Source: Lepidodermella squamata
Lineage: Eukaryota; Animalia; Gastrotricha
Length of the DNA stretch: 64,000 bases
NCBI GenBank assembly: GCA_047495785.1
Contig: JBLDXI010000024.1
Location: 1,426,001 to 1,490,000 of the forward strand
Direction: 5' to 3'
Part shown: positions 18,907 to 31,950 of the stretch, in pieces
Position numbering within the stretch: position 1 is the first letter of the stretch
How the letters are laid out: each line of letters starts with the position of its first letter
Translations under genes and position numbers: made by a program
Notes under the pieces: generated by a model
Databases searched by the model: none
The model's input: only the letters and a program-made list of their open reading frames with translations
What the model was told of the DNA's origin: nothing

Positions 18907-19832
18907 ATGTTTTTTCCTGTTCCGTCCAACCATTTTGAGGTTATGTATCTTGTTTTCTATCGCAATAAAAGACAAACGGCTAAAGCTGATTTTTTACTAG
19001 GGCTTGTTGCCCTTTTGCTAGTCGCCCCTGCGGCTTTGGCCCAGGGCCAAAATCCAGCCGCAGGCCATGAAAACGACTGCAACTCACAGTATCCCCAGAA
19101 CGAAGACAACGAAGTACCGGAGAATGCCATGTGCCGAAAAGTTGAATTTTATATAACTTTTTAATCGAATTTTTAATTTTTTTTTTCTCTAAAATGTAGA
19201 AATGTCAGAGCAATGCGGTCGGTAAGGATGACCCATGTCGCCGAGTTAAGCAGTGCATGACGCAATATAAATCGAACAAGCAGTGTTTGGATGTTCGTAA
19301 TTTCAAATTTCAAATTTCAATTATTTTTTTTTTCAATGATTTTTCAGAGCTGCATTAAAATGGGAGATCGAGATCCTAAATGCAGGCAACAGCTTGATTG
19401 CGAAATGTACAGCCCAAGCCTGGACGAATCTCGTCCTCAGAACAAAGAATGCCGAGAGGTATTACCATTTTTGTTTTCATTTTTTTTATAAAAATTATTG
19501 TATAATTTTTTTAGTTTTGCATGAAAGGCGGCGGCAAAGATTCCCAATGCGCGCGACTCGACGAGTGTTGGGAAAAATTTCGACGCAACGTGCACCTGGG
19601 CAAGGCGATGATTTTTTCATGCGTCGACCAGTGCGTCACCTTTAAATCGGTTAATCAAACGTGTTCCACGCCCCCTAATATGAACCGCCAGCCTGCTGCG
19701 AATTCAGTAGCTGGTCAAAACAACAACAATAATAACAACAACCCGAGAACCCAAATGACCAATAATCGACCCTTGTTTCTCAACCAAATGCGAGATGTGC
19801 AGAACAATCGCCGGGTTATCCAGTCCCCTTAA
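18907..19832 (+). CDS. Secreted Cys-repeat protein with Asn/Gln-rich tail (start uncertain)
   Basis: Signal-like LLGLVALLLVAPAALA-Q. Exons ..19140, 19200-19292, 19348-19458 and 19515-19832 join in phase 0 into one ORF. AATAAA downstream. Confidence 0.75.
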
Positions 19833-21504
19833 ACTTTGCCGCGATTCAAGAAGCCGGACTTGAAGATTCAAATTCTTATCCTCAGAAATAAAATTTAATG
19901 CAGACATGTTTGCTGCAATTTTTTTACAATTTGATTCATTTTTTTACCAATTACGTAGATCGTAATTCTAGTTCACCAGCATATGGAGAAAATAAATAAT
20001 TAGTAAAATAAATAGCCACCTTTTATCGCGAGTTTTTCAATTTCAAACCTCGTCCGGATTTGCTGAAACCGGCATTCGATATAATACAAGAGCTCATCTA
20101 TAACTCTATACTGTATATCTACTTATTTTCGCTTTGATCTTTGAATTCAGTGTTTTCGCAAAAATACCGAAATTGTAATTAAAATATCGGAATATCTACT
20201 CGTACGTAGTTTCAAAATGAGATTTTTGAGATCAATAACTTTCTCAATTTGCATCCGATCAGTCTAATTTTTGCGTGCACATAACTGAGTATCAGGTCTA
20301 TCATCCCTCAAAAGATCTTGCTCAGACCTCCTATGGAATTGTCGCAAAGCTGTATAATCCGATCTCAGTTTTGGGGAGCTTACTTTGGGTGATGAACCAA
20401 CGAAATTCAGCCACTAAACAGCTCTCAGATTGATGCATCTACCTGTAAATTTTCATGATGCTACCGTCCAATTTCCACACCTTTCTGAAAAATCGGTGTG
20501 GCGACAACTGAGCAAAAGTCTGTTCACCATGCTACAGCTCGGTACGACAATTCGGCACGACAATTCGGCAACAATTATTGGGCAGAGTGGTCTATTTCGG
20601 CAATTCGGCAAAACGACAACACGGCATCATGGCAATCTTAAAATGGGAAACGACAACTCGGCAGGAATATATTTCTGCGAAGTTTGAGAAAGATTGATTA
20701 TAAAAACTAAACATTTTTAGCATGAAAAACCGGGATCTTAATTGATTATCCTAAATTGAGCAAAACGAAAAACATTATCAAAGGAGATAAAGAGTGATAT
20801 CTCGAGATAACGTGACATATAAAACTAATATATAAACGTCTAACTCAGGTATATAAGTATGGAGAATGACAATAACAAATAACAGCTCTTTGATATCTAC
20901 TATTTTCTATCGCGCTGCTATGTTTGAAAGTCCAGTGTATTTCCTGTTCTGTGATCTGTTCTGAAAGTATGAGTGACATGGATATTTAGGACTTGTTCTT
21001 ATGCTAATTACACATTTTCCATAGATTTGGTCGATCTTGAAGTTTCTACCGTAGCGCAGGATATGTTGACAGCGTTACTTTTGACACTTTACCCTTTACC
21101 CTTTACCACTCTGCAGGTGAATAGCTTTGCAATACCAAACATTTAAACACGGGGTTAGTGTATTAAATTGCCTGTGTTGGAGCTATACAATGACTCAAGT
21201 CCCAATATGAATGATTGAACCAGAAAATGTATAAATTAGCGTACTGCCCGAATTGTTGGAAATAATCTTTTTTCGACAGTAATTTTCTTTTTTTAGTTGA
21301 AATACTTCTATCGACAGCATTTACTATTTTATTCACAGTAATTTACTTTTTTCGACAGTAGGCGAATTAACTCTTTCCGACAGTACCGTAAGGCGGTCTT
21401 ACTTCGGACAAAAGCGTGTTTTTGGGGCTTAGTTTTTCGAGGTGAACGAATTTTTTGACGGGCTTTATGTCAAAAGATGCGCCTTGAAAAACTGCATTTC
21501 AGGG

Positions 21505-22017
21505 TATCGAAATCGCGACAACTCCGCATAGAAAACTCCGCAAAATCAATTAAAAATTAATTATTTATTTATTTTGTCAACGACAACTCCGCAAACGTCT
21601 AGTTTATTCGAATTTAAATTTTTTATTCAATTATTTGAAATAATTTTCATCCGTCAACTCCGCAAATGATCATTTCAGACAACGACAAGCCCGCAAATTA
21701 TTTATTTCTGCTTATTTAATTATTCTTTCGACTCCGCTTACAGCGATTCATAGTAAGGGTAAGATGGTGGTCAGGTTAGGTTACGATCGGAAATGGTTCG
21801 TTTTCGATAATTAAATAAATTATTTTGCGGAGTTTTCGTTATCTGAAACGATCATTTGCGGAGTTGACGTAATAAAAATTATTTCAATTAATTGAATAAA
21901 AATATTGAATTCGATTGAATTTGACTTTTGCGGAGTTGTCGTTGCCGAAATTATTAATTAATTAATTAATTTTAAATTCATTTTGCGGTGCTGTCCGTGC
22001 GGAGTTGTCGCTATCTG
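21505..22017. mobile_element. Foldback/MITE-like element with ~200-bp inverted arms
   Basis: Left arm with repeated (CGAC)AACTCCGCA motifs (~21515-21710) mirrored by TGCGGAGTTG(TCG) motifs and shared AT-rich spacers (~21810-22012). Confidence 0.75.
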
Positions 22018-22332
22018 TATTGACGCTGCGGTTTAGTCGTAGAACCGGCAAATAATTAACATAAATAATTATTAATTTGCCACAAAATTCATTTATTTAG
22101 TCCGTCATCACGTGATTTTTCCGTCGTATTCCGGCACGTGACGCAGAGATTTTTGTTAAGGAGGATTCAAGCCCCGGCGTCCTAGTACGTCTCATGAATT
22201 CAGCTACACTCACTCAGGTTTACGCAGCGGTCACCGTTTAACTCATAATTAAATTAAGCCGTTAATCCGCTCATTTATAGATTTTTCTCGAAATGACCTT
22301 ATAAATGACCTTATAAATTTTGGTTGGTCACA

Positions 22333-24632
22333 ATGGCAAAATCTGCACCCGACAATGCAGCTGAGCTGCCAGCTCAATTTGAATCGATTTCAATTGGAAA
22401 TTATGCGATCAAGGTCCCTACCCGAAAGACGCCCACCTTGAAAAAAGCCTATATGGCTGAGCAGCCCGACAAGGATGTTCTAGGATCGTTAGAAGAGGTG
22501 ATAAATTCCGCATTTTTATATAAATCTACCGGCAATTAATTCCTACTTCCAGTACAAGAAACTGAAGGGTAAACTTGTTCCGAACATGGTTCGAATAATG
22601 GATATCGTGCCGATTGGCGCAGCTTCATGTGTTGTCGTACAATGCTTCAATGCCGGTAGGTTATTTTTGAGAATTGCATCCATCTCGGAATTATTGAAAT
22701 TTTTTGTTAGATAATATGCGAAAGGTTATCAGCCAAAGAAATGGCCAGCCTTTCGAAGAAGACCAAATAAAGCTTTGGCTTGTTCAGCTTGCAATGGCCC
22801 TCGATTTTCTTCATGGCTGCGATATTGTTCACCGCGAAATTAAGGCAGATGTAGGTTTCTGCGACTAAAAATAGTGAACAAGTTTTACCTTAAATACTCC
22901 GCAGAACGTTTGTCTGGTGCAATCAGTTTCGACTGACATGATAAAGCTGGGAGACATTGGCTTGGTCAAACGTAAACAGTGAGTTTTTATCCCTAATTAG
23001 AACCTCGTTATTGGCAAATTTCTCTTCGTAGGCTGAAGTCGCTGCATGAGCTGGACCGCGAGGAGGCCGTGTATATTCCCAGAGAATTATGGGAAGAAGG
23101 AGCAAAGTTCACAAGACAAACCGACATCTATGCTCTCGGTGTTCTTATATACGAAATAGCGTTTCTGAAGGTGCCTGCCATTGAATTCCCGGCAAACATG
23201 TCCCTACCTGAGGCAAGTGCTCGGTAAGTTATATACCTGCTATCATAGAAAATAATTATATGTATTATGTGGTGTTCCAGTTGGGATTCCCTCATGATTG
23301 AACACCCAAATGCGAGGTTCTCGAAGGAATTTGAAGAACTGTGTTACAGCCTTGTGGCATACGACCCTAAAATACGACCCGCGGCTTCTGAAATTCTGAA
23401 AGATCCTAATTTGAACGACGCTCACGAGTTTGCGAAGAAGCTTCATGGCGAGGAAGAGAGAATCTTCGAATCGGCACCTGTTAGTTCGATAACTTTGCCT
23501 AATCCTGGTAGAATATCAAGAAGGAACAGCACAGCCAGCATGGGTTCTGGCTACTACAGTTCTGGCTACTCAAGTGGCTACTCAACGCCCTCTGTAAGTC
23601 GACCCAGCTCTCAGCAGAGGCCTGGTTCGGAAGAATCCAACTATCAGAAGGAAGCGTTACCACTGAATGCTAATTCATCGCTGATGCCAGCTGTTTCGAA
23701 TGCTGGCGCCTCTGCCGTAAGTGAATCTAGCATCTAGCCAAACTTCAGTTTAAATAACGATTAAACTTCTTAATCCAATAGTAAATATTTGTTTATTTAG
23801 AGCTCGAATAACCCGGGCCTTTCGGAGGAGAAAAGGATAGAAATACAAAATCAATTGATTCTTATACTGCACGCGCAAAAATGTGCGAAATGCCACGATT
23901 ACGCAAAATCGTTCGCCGAACTTGTTGAAACATCATCAGCCTCCTGCGACGGCAGCAACAACTGCCAGGAGGCCAATTGTGAGCGAATGAAAGACGTCCT
24001 CCAACACCTAGAATGGTGCAAAAACGACAAGGATTGCAAATGTAATTTTAGAAAAGCTCTAAAAAAGTTCTTGAATTTCAAATTATAGATGAGTGTTGTT
24101 TATCGACCCGTCAGATAATTCTGCACTGGCAGAATTGCAAAGACGCCGAATGTCCGGTTTGTAAGGAAATTCGGATACGTTCTACTCCCTCTAAGGCGCT
24201 GTTCGATTTCGGCAATCCGTTGGATCTTCCTATAGTCCGCTCATGGCAGAGGATTTTTTCAACGCAACAACGAAAAATGGTTATTGACAAATGTGTTGCC
24301 GTCTTGATCGACTGGCGAAAAAAACAAGTTTCACTTGAGGACCCAGTGGACCCACTGGCTAGGACCCAGGAAAATCTCACTCTGAGCGCCCCATCAGTGG
24401 TTCAAGACGACCCCAGCGAAAGAGATCGTGTTGTCTGTTTTACAGTGCAAGCAGAGGCGGAAATTTTCAGCAATGCTCCAAGTCTCGAGCGATACTATTT
24501 TTTATTGACCGAAAAATTGTCTGCCGCCATAGGTTTGTGAATTCTTTGATTGAGCTGATTTTCCTGAATTTTTTACAAACCTCGATAGCTGAATGTTTTC
24601 CAAATGTGCAAGGAGAGCAGTGTTCGATTTAA
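22333..24632 (+). CDS. Kinase-like (probable pseudokinase) domain fused to CBP/p300-type TAZ1 and KIX domains; multi-exon
   Basis: Spliced translation: YAIK, FEEDQIKLWLVQLAMALDFLHGCDIVHREIKADN, IKLGDIG, TDIYALGVLIYE, DPKIRPAASEIL. Then SEEKRIEIQNQLILILHAQKC..C..MKDVLQHLEWC..RQIILHWQNC...CPVC (TAZ1) and RSWQ...QRKMVIDKCV...EAEIFSNAPSLERYYFLLTEK (KIX). The junction 23716/23801 is in frame. Confidence 0.85.
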
Positions 24633-24657
24633 CATGTCAAGATCATACGGCTTGCTC

Positions 24658-24690
24658 CTTGGGACTAATAGAGAGACTATTAGTCCCAAG
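24658..24690. mobile_element. 33-bp minimal TIR element with 8-bp TSD
   Basis: GCTTGCTC|CTTGGGACTAATAG-AGAGA-CTATTAGTCCCAAG|GCTTGCTC. Confidence 0.8.
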
Positions 24691-26320
24691 GCTTGCTCAC
24701 CGCCTAAAATGCAGACACGGTTTGGTTTCATAGTTTGAATTCAGATAATATTTTATGTATCATACTTTTTATAGTATTCCACATGGAGTGCATACATAAA
24801 TGGTTAAAGGAGGACCCGAAATTTCCGATATGTCACACCGGCTACGAATAAGCGGTGGGACTACTGCAGCTGTGGAACTGACTGCTGTTGGGGCCCAAGT
24901 CCGAAACGTGCCCATACGCAACGTTTAGATTAAATTGATAAAATTCAACAAATCCCGCACGAGGCAAGCGCATGTGTCAACCCGAGCACAAAGAACGATG
25001 GTAACAGGCGCGGATACCGAAATTCACATTATGGCCAGATTCAGGATGCCCACACAAAGAAGTCCGGCGTCCCGGGTGCGTCCCGAGTTGAGCCTTCAAC
25101 AAAAGCACTGGTTCCCATCGTTCTCAGCCGTGCTCGGGCCAATACCTCCGCTGGCCCGTCTGCAGTGAATCAAGATATGTTTACATTAGTTAAATTTGCT
25201 GGAAACGTCGCATACACGGGCACGTTTTAGAGCGTCTCGAGCGCGGAGGGGATAAGTGCCGTTATCCGACCGCATAAGGGCCGGTCCCAACGCGAACGGG
25301 CCTAAATCTGGCTTGGGCTCCAACATGACCTCGTTTTACGCCCGGTTATTTCATCCTGATTTATGAATTCAATTATTCTAGAACTTATACGGCGCTAAGG
25401 ACTAATGACTGATTTTGCGAGAAAATTATTAGCTTCACGATGAGAGAATGAATTGCAGAATGAATTAATTTTACTAATTTTAGGCAGTCTCTTTCTTTGT
25501 CTTGTTCGCCATAGAATATTCACATATTTTCATATTTTCCAAATTTTTCTATTGCTTTGATTTTGATGCTGATCCCGATCAGTCTACTTTTACTTGTATG
25601 CTATTTCGATTTTTCAATTTTGTTGTTGTCTTAACACTTCCTTTGATCACTTGTCTGAGCTGTCCTCTTCTGGGCGTTATGGCTCTTTAAATAAATTGAA
25701 ACTTTTAGAGTGAACACGCTTTCTTTGTTCTTTGGCGAGGATTTGAAGTGCGAAAGATTTGTGATTCGCCTATGTTTGTGCCCGAATCAAGGACTAAAAT
25801 GTGTGTACTGAGGACGCGCATTTCGCATTCCAGCACATTTTGGCGCCTATAATGTTCGCTGGTTGTGGCTGATGTTAAAAATGGCTTATGTTCATCCTTA
25901 AACAATAAAACTTCTGTTTTGCTTTTTTTAACGATTCAGTTTAATATCCCCGATTTTTGCGACATTGCCTATTTCTCCTATAAGAGGCTACACTATTACC
26001 CCAACTGCTGGTCAGACGAAGGTAAATGCGTCAATTTCACACTTTCCCGAGGAAACAAGGCGTGATTTTAAGATAGGGATGATCAGGCATCGAACGTGAT
26101 CCCCAGTAATGCTGGCAACGAAACATTAAACTCCATGGTATCACGGAAATACCAGGAAAACACCTTCAAATTTATTTGTCTGAATTTGTCTGATTTGTCT
26201 TTCAAATTTATTTGTCCAACAACAACAGAGAGATGATCGGATGAAACTCCACTCATTATTGCCGAGAAAAATGCGGAGGCGGATGATTCATTGCCATATG
26301 TTCAGCTCTTAGGCTTTTTC

Positions 26321-26363
26321 GCATGCTGATGCATCTTACAATTTGTAAGATGAATCAGCATGC
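26321..26363. repeat. 43-bp near-perfect palindrome
   Basis: GCATGCTGATGCATCTTACA-ATT-TGTAAGATGAATCAGCATGC, one mismatch in 20-bp arms. Confidence 0.8.
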
Positions 26364-26701
26364 GTATGCATTTAGATTAGATAAAAGATAAAACGTAAAA
26401 CGTTTGTCAAATGAAAACGGTATATTTTTGAACTTCAGAGCGTATTAATCGCTAAGAGCTGAAAAGATTACAACATGAGTAGTGTTGAGAGTGTTGCGAT
26501 AACCGTATAGCCGTTCTCTATGGTTATCGCACTTGGATGTTGATTAAAACAAGGCTATATTTATACAAAACGCTTGCTACGGCCAAAGTGACATGATAAG
26601 GCATGTGATGCGCCAACCTGAAAGCTGAGGCGACAAGCGTGAAAAATATGTAAACAGCAGTCCAAATTTTGCATTTCAAACTTACATGTCAAAATCTGAC
26701 G

Positions 26702-26998
26702 ATCTTAGTGAAACCAGCAAAACCACAAAATCGCTATTGGCTTGACTAAAATTTGTTGAAGGGCGTGATTGGTTAGATTTTCCTGCATCTTAGCGTGTTT
26801 TTTCTTGAAAATTAAAAATTCTCAAAAAACGATGCTCGGCGCTCGGCCACCGCGAATCGAACCCGGGATATTCAGGATTTTCTTTCTGTTCAAGAAATAG
26901 CACGCTAAGATGCTTGAAAATCTAACCAACCACACGCCCTTCAACAAATTTTAGTCAAGCCAATAGCGATTTTGTGGATTTGCTGGTTCCACTAAGAT
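26702..26998. mobile_element. MITE with ~95-bp TIRs
   Basis: ATCTTAGTGAAACCAGCAAA...CATCTTAGCGTG mirrored by CACGCTAAGATG...TTTGCTGGTTCCACTAAGAT. Confidence 0.85.
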
Positions 26999-27217
26999 AC
27001 ACGTTAAAAAGGGGAAAATAAATGAAAATATATCTAATGGTTTCTTATCTAAAGCCAAAATCCAAATATTGCGAAATTATCGAATTATTCAAGTCAATAA
27101 TTTTTGAAATCATTATTTGTTCAATGAATTTTAAGACGCATTCCAATTCTCCGACGATTGAGATACTGGCTATCATATTTATGGTTTTATCGCTTTTTTC
27201 CTATCAAGCCAAGAGAT

Positions 27218-28303
27218 ATGCGGTTGTTATTCAGGAATCGCATTTTGACAGCTGCTTCCCTAATATTTAGCCTGATTATTGTCTCCGAATTATTCCCAGT
27301 ATTTATTCGATATTTATTAAGCCGATCGAACAATATCGAAGTTCGATTCGCAAAACGGCGAAAAGCAGCCTACGATCAATGCGTGGCCGATAATCACACT
27401 GATTTTAAGCATCTGGGTTTGAGCAAGGTGATGCAGGATGGATGGCATTCATTCAAGTTCATGTTCGTCGATGACACCAATAAAATCATCCTATGCAAGT
27501 ATGTGTTCAGTTTTTTTACAATTTTCACCCCATAAAGTCTCTATTTCAAGCGTTCCAAAAGTCGCGTCAACTAATTGGAAGAAATTACTGCTCATAGCTT
27601 CAGGCTCGCCCGAGGCCAATTTCACGTCACCCAGTGAAATTCCCGATGATGTCGTCAACCGCGATGCGATTGAGCTCAAAAATTGGTCGAATTTCAAGCC
27701 ACTTTTCGTCTACTCGGAAAATGAGGTCATTTCGCGCCTCCGAAATTATACCAAAATTATTTGGGTTCGAAATGTGAGTTATATTCAATATTCAAGATGA
27801 ACTTTTTATTATTAATGAATTTCCAGCCTTATAACCGTTTAGTTTCTGCCTGGCGATCCAAGTTTTCCAATGCAAATCGCTACTACAGCAAATTTGGCCG
27901 GTCGATTATTGAAAAATACCGAAAAAATGCAACGGCAGCTGACCTAAGCCGGGGTTACCCGATAAGTTTCGAGGAATTTCTCAGTTACATCCGTGACGAA
28001 AATTCTGCCGGTCATCGGCTTGATGTTCACTGGAATGTCATGTCGGATTTGTGCCGTTTTTGTCAGATTCCGTACGACTACATCGGGCATTACGAGTCGT
28101 TGGAGGAAGAAGCAAGTTATTTATTGGCGAAACTCGTGAAACGACGTGGTGGTGAGAAATTACCGGCATTTCCTGCTAAAGATCCCCGACGGAACAAAAT
28201 TGGCTACGACGACCCTTCATTATCTGTCTCGGTCTCTCTGTTAAATGAAACGCTTTCAATTTTCGACGCTGATTTCAAAATATTTGGTTATAAAAAACCA
28301 TGA
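27218..28303 (+). CDS. Carbohydrate sulfotransferase (Sulfotransfer_2); copy 3
   Basis: Three exons: TM anchor and FVDDTNKIILC; VPKVASTNWKK and IIWVRN; PYNRLVSAW, DVHW, CRFCQIPYDYIGHYE, DFKIFGY. Confidence 0.9.
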
Positions 28304-28344
28304 TTTCAAAATTATTTATGATGAATAAATTAAAATAAATTTTA

Positions 28345-28732
28345 CAGCGTGTCCCAGAAGTAACGCAAGCAAAGAAAATGCACGGAAAAGGGCCAGAAAC
28401 TCTAAACTGAGAGACGAAGTTACGTATCATGGCCACAAAGTTTTCAGAAAAAGTAAAAAAATTACGAGAATAATAATCAAGTCAATCATGTCATTGTTAA
28501 TGGGATTAAAAAAGTCCGGAGAAATTGGGTCCAACCAGGTAAAATACCGAAATTACCGAACCAGTCACCATCGGGGTTTTCCGGGTTTTCTCCGGTATAT
28601 TTTTTTATTTCTTCTGATTAATCGCGGATAAAATATTCTCTCGGTATGTTTAATTTAATATAATTAGTTAAATTTCCTGAAAAAAAGTTGCCAAATTACA
28701 AAATGTAGTAGCGCAACTTCTGTGACAAGCTG
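28345..28732. mobile_element. Tc1/mariner-type MITE, family A, copy 2 (opposite orientation to copy 1)
   Basis: TA|CAGCGTGTCCCAGAAG...CTTCTGTGACAAGCTG|TA. Confidence 0.85.
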
Positions 28733-29297
28733 TATTTAGTCGATTCTTTTATCAAATTATGATTTATTCAAACTCATTTTCAGCAATCGCTTGCGTGCTA
28801 TGAGCTAGGTAATGAGCTTGCTAGGCCAATTTTGTTTTGTGCACGCACGTGTCATGCAATTAACAGCGGAATAAATAATAGCGCGGCAGTATCTGGTCGG
28901 AAAACACGCCTTTGGCCGTGTCTCTCGCTTTGCGTCTCGCTCGCTTTTTATATGCAGGTAGCATTCGATTATGATCCCTTCAGTTCATTCGGCAGTGCGC
29001 ACGGACAAAAGAACTGCTTTACATTTTACTACGTCGCACCTCGAATCTTTTACTATCTCTATAATACTCATAGAGGCACTATTTTATTCAGGTATTTTTT
29101 CTGTAGTTTTTGCAGGAAAACAACGGCAGTATCGATCAAATGTGCACCTTGGGACTCATGCATACCCCACGCAAGCTTCGCTAGATTTTTTGTATTAATT
29201 CTCATCCACTTGGGAAATACGGACAAAAGAATGAGTGCAAAAAATTCCTCCTTAAAAAATCACGAAATGTGACGATTTTTCGGAAAATCATTCAAAA

Positions 29298-30444
29298 ATG
29301 CGTTGTTTGCTTCTACCAAGTCGTTTTCCCGCCGCGATTTTTCTGTTTCTCGGCGCAATTTGTCTCGTTCAAATTCTGCCGCTGGTTCTGCACCAATATT
29401 CGCCGCCAGATAGTCGGCTTTTTGTCAATTTTCCTCTCATCGACGCAGCGGAAGATGAGAAAATGGAAGCTGAGTTTGTTCGGCGGCGAAACGAAGCCTA
29501 TGGAAAATGTCATTCGACAAATAGAACGGAATTTATAGATTTCGAATCTATGAAAGTCATGCCTTACAACTTGCTTTCATATAAATTTATCTTTGTCGAT
29601 GAGACAAATAAAATCGTATTTTGCAAGTAAGTTTTCGCCTGAAATTTTAATTTATTTTTAATTTATTTGAAATTTTAGTGTACCAAAAGTTGCGTCGACC
29701 AATTGGAAAAAATTGCTGCTTATCATGTCTGATTCACCCGAGGCCAATTATTCGTCGCCGGCCGAGATCGATGACGACATTGTTAATCAAGATGCCTTTC
29801 GAATGACGAACTGGTCCAATTTCAAGCCGTTGCTTCATTATTCGAAAGAGAAAGCCAATTTCAGGCTTCGTAATTACACTAAAATAATCTGGGTTCGAAA
29901 TGTAAGCTTGGGACATTTTTCATGAAGTAAAATTAATTTTATTTTTCAGCCTTACCTTCGGTTAATTTCTGCATGGAAATCCAAATTTTTCTATCCGAAC
30001 CCTTACTACAACAAAGTCGGCAGTTACATAATTTGGAAGTACCGCAAAAAGGCGACGAAAGCCGAGATCAACCGCGGCTATCCAGTCACATTCCCCGAGT
30101 TCTTAAAATACGTCCGAGATCGAGGCCGTCAGCACAAACTCGACGTTCACTGGAACGTCATGTCTGAAATGTGCATGTTCTGCAAAATTCGCTACGACTA
30201 CATCGGCCACTACGAAACCCTGCTGCCCGAGGCTAATTACGTACTTCGAAAGTTGGCGAAACGCCGAAATGCGGCTGAGTTACCGGCTTTCCCGATGAAA
30301 AACGCGAGGCAACAAGCGGCGGTTATGACGGCGGCTGATCACGCCCGTCTCATCGCTTCACTGCCGGCTAATCTGCTTAACGAAACGCTCGCCGTTTTCG
30401 AACGCGATTTCGAAATTTTCGGATATCAAAAACCGGCGTTTTAA
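29298..30444 (+). CDS. Carbohydrate sulfotransferase (Sulfotransfer_2); copy 4
   Basis: Same three-exon structure and motifs as copy 3 (VPKVASTNWKK, PYLRLISAW, DVHW, YDYIGHYE, DFEIFGY). Confidence 0.9.
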
Positions 30445-30667
30445 CCTCAGTTTTTGCTTGATTTTTTTTCGCTCAAACCCGCGGTACATTTTTGTATAAA
30501 ATAAAGAAGATCGATTTTTGTATTTTATTTAAATTAATATTCATCACGGTGATCGATACTGCAGGCCAGTGGGCCGTCTCGGTTTTGTTGTTACTCATTA
30601 ATAATTGATGATTTATCGCAATTTACTTACGATAAACAAGACGCGCAATACCACTTCGAATTTCTTC

Positions 30668-31925
30668 ATGCGAGCAGCGAGAAGAATGCTGAAAAAATTA
30701 CGGCTGCCGGATTTTTTCCGAAATCGCTACGTTTTCATTTTATTGCTGCTAATCGCCTTAGTTTGCTTCATCAAAATTCCGCATGTCGTGAAACAGAATC
30801 ACGAAGAACATCATGACCAACCACTAGAGCCTGCTGGATATTTCGCTCTGGCCCATATCAAAGACAGATCTTCGCAAATCGTGAAACGAAATCTTCGCAT
30901 TCAAAATAGGCAGCATCTGAAAAATGAGAAATTGGAGGCTGAATTCGCGAGGCGAAGAAAGGCCGGCTACGACGCTTGTTTAGCCGAAAATCAGACGGAT
31001 TTTTTGTCCTTCCACTCCAGAACTGCTATGGAAATGCCCTTCGAACTGCTGGCCTACACATTTTTATTCGTGGATGAAACGAATAAATTGATATTCTGCA
31101 AGTAATTTTTCAAATATTAAAAAGCCGCATAATTTTTCCTGATTTTTTTAGTGTCCCAAAAGTTGCATCGACCAACTGGAAAAAGCTGCTCCTGGTGATG
31201 TCAGAAACTCCCGAGGTTAACTATACTTCAACGGATGAAGTTGATGACGACGTTGTGAATCGAAACTCTTTCTCGCTCAATGATTGGTCCAAGCTCAAGC
31301 CGCTGATTTTTTACTGGAAAGAGGAAGCGATGTTCCGCCTTAAAAACTACACAAAGGTCATCTGGGTCCGAGACGTAGGCATTTTCAAGTTGAATTAGGA
31401 TGTTTAAACTTGTATTCCTTATAGCCATACAAACGGCTCATGTCAGCGTGGAAGTCGAAATTTTTCACAAAAAATAAGTACTACAACGAAGTTGGTAAGC
31501 ACATCATTTGGAAATATCGCGCCAACGCGACTAATGAAGAAATTCATCGCGGCTACCCGGTTTCATTTGCCGAGTTTTTTCAATACGTCCGAGATTTCGG
31601 GAATATAAAAAAGCTCGACGTTCACTGGAACGTCATGTCCGAAATGTGCATGTTCTGCAGGATGCCTTACGACTACATCGGGCATTACGAAACGATTGAA
31701 AGCGAGGCGGATTATCTGCTGGAAAAATTGGCGAAACGGCGTGGTCGTGATGAATGGGTGCCATTCCCGGCGAAAAACCCGGCTCATGCAACGAAAGTGA
31801 TGAGTGATAAAGAAATATCTGATTTAACTGCTTCGATACCTGTAGATTTATTCAACGAAACTTTAGCTGTTTTCAATTCAGATTATCGCATTTTCGGTTA
31901 TGAGAAGCCAATGCACCCGAAATAA
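30668..31925 (+). CDS. Carbohydrate sulfotransferase (Sulfotransfer_2); copy 5
   Basis: Same three-exon structure; VPKVASTNWKK, VRD|PYKRLMSAW, DVHW, YDYIGHYE, DYRIFGY. Start codon uncertain. Confidence 0.9.
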
Positions 31926-31950
31926 AATTTTATTCGTATTTTCATCTTTT

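Noticed and set aside
20500-20665. CGACAA(T/C)TCGGCA short repeats and ORF 20430-20687
   Set aside because: Degenerate repeat of probable transposon origin; no boundaries and no protein motif.
23801-24632. The genuine CBP/p300 gene
   Set aside because: No bromodomain, HAT, ZZ or TAZ2 follows; a stop comes shortly after KIX.
26833-26872. Functional tRNA gene
   Set aside because: Only a T-arm/B-box-like piece; no A box or cloverleaf discernible.
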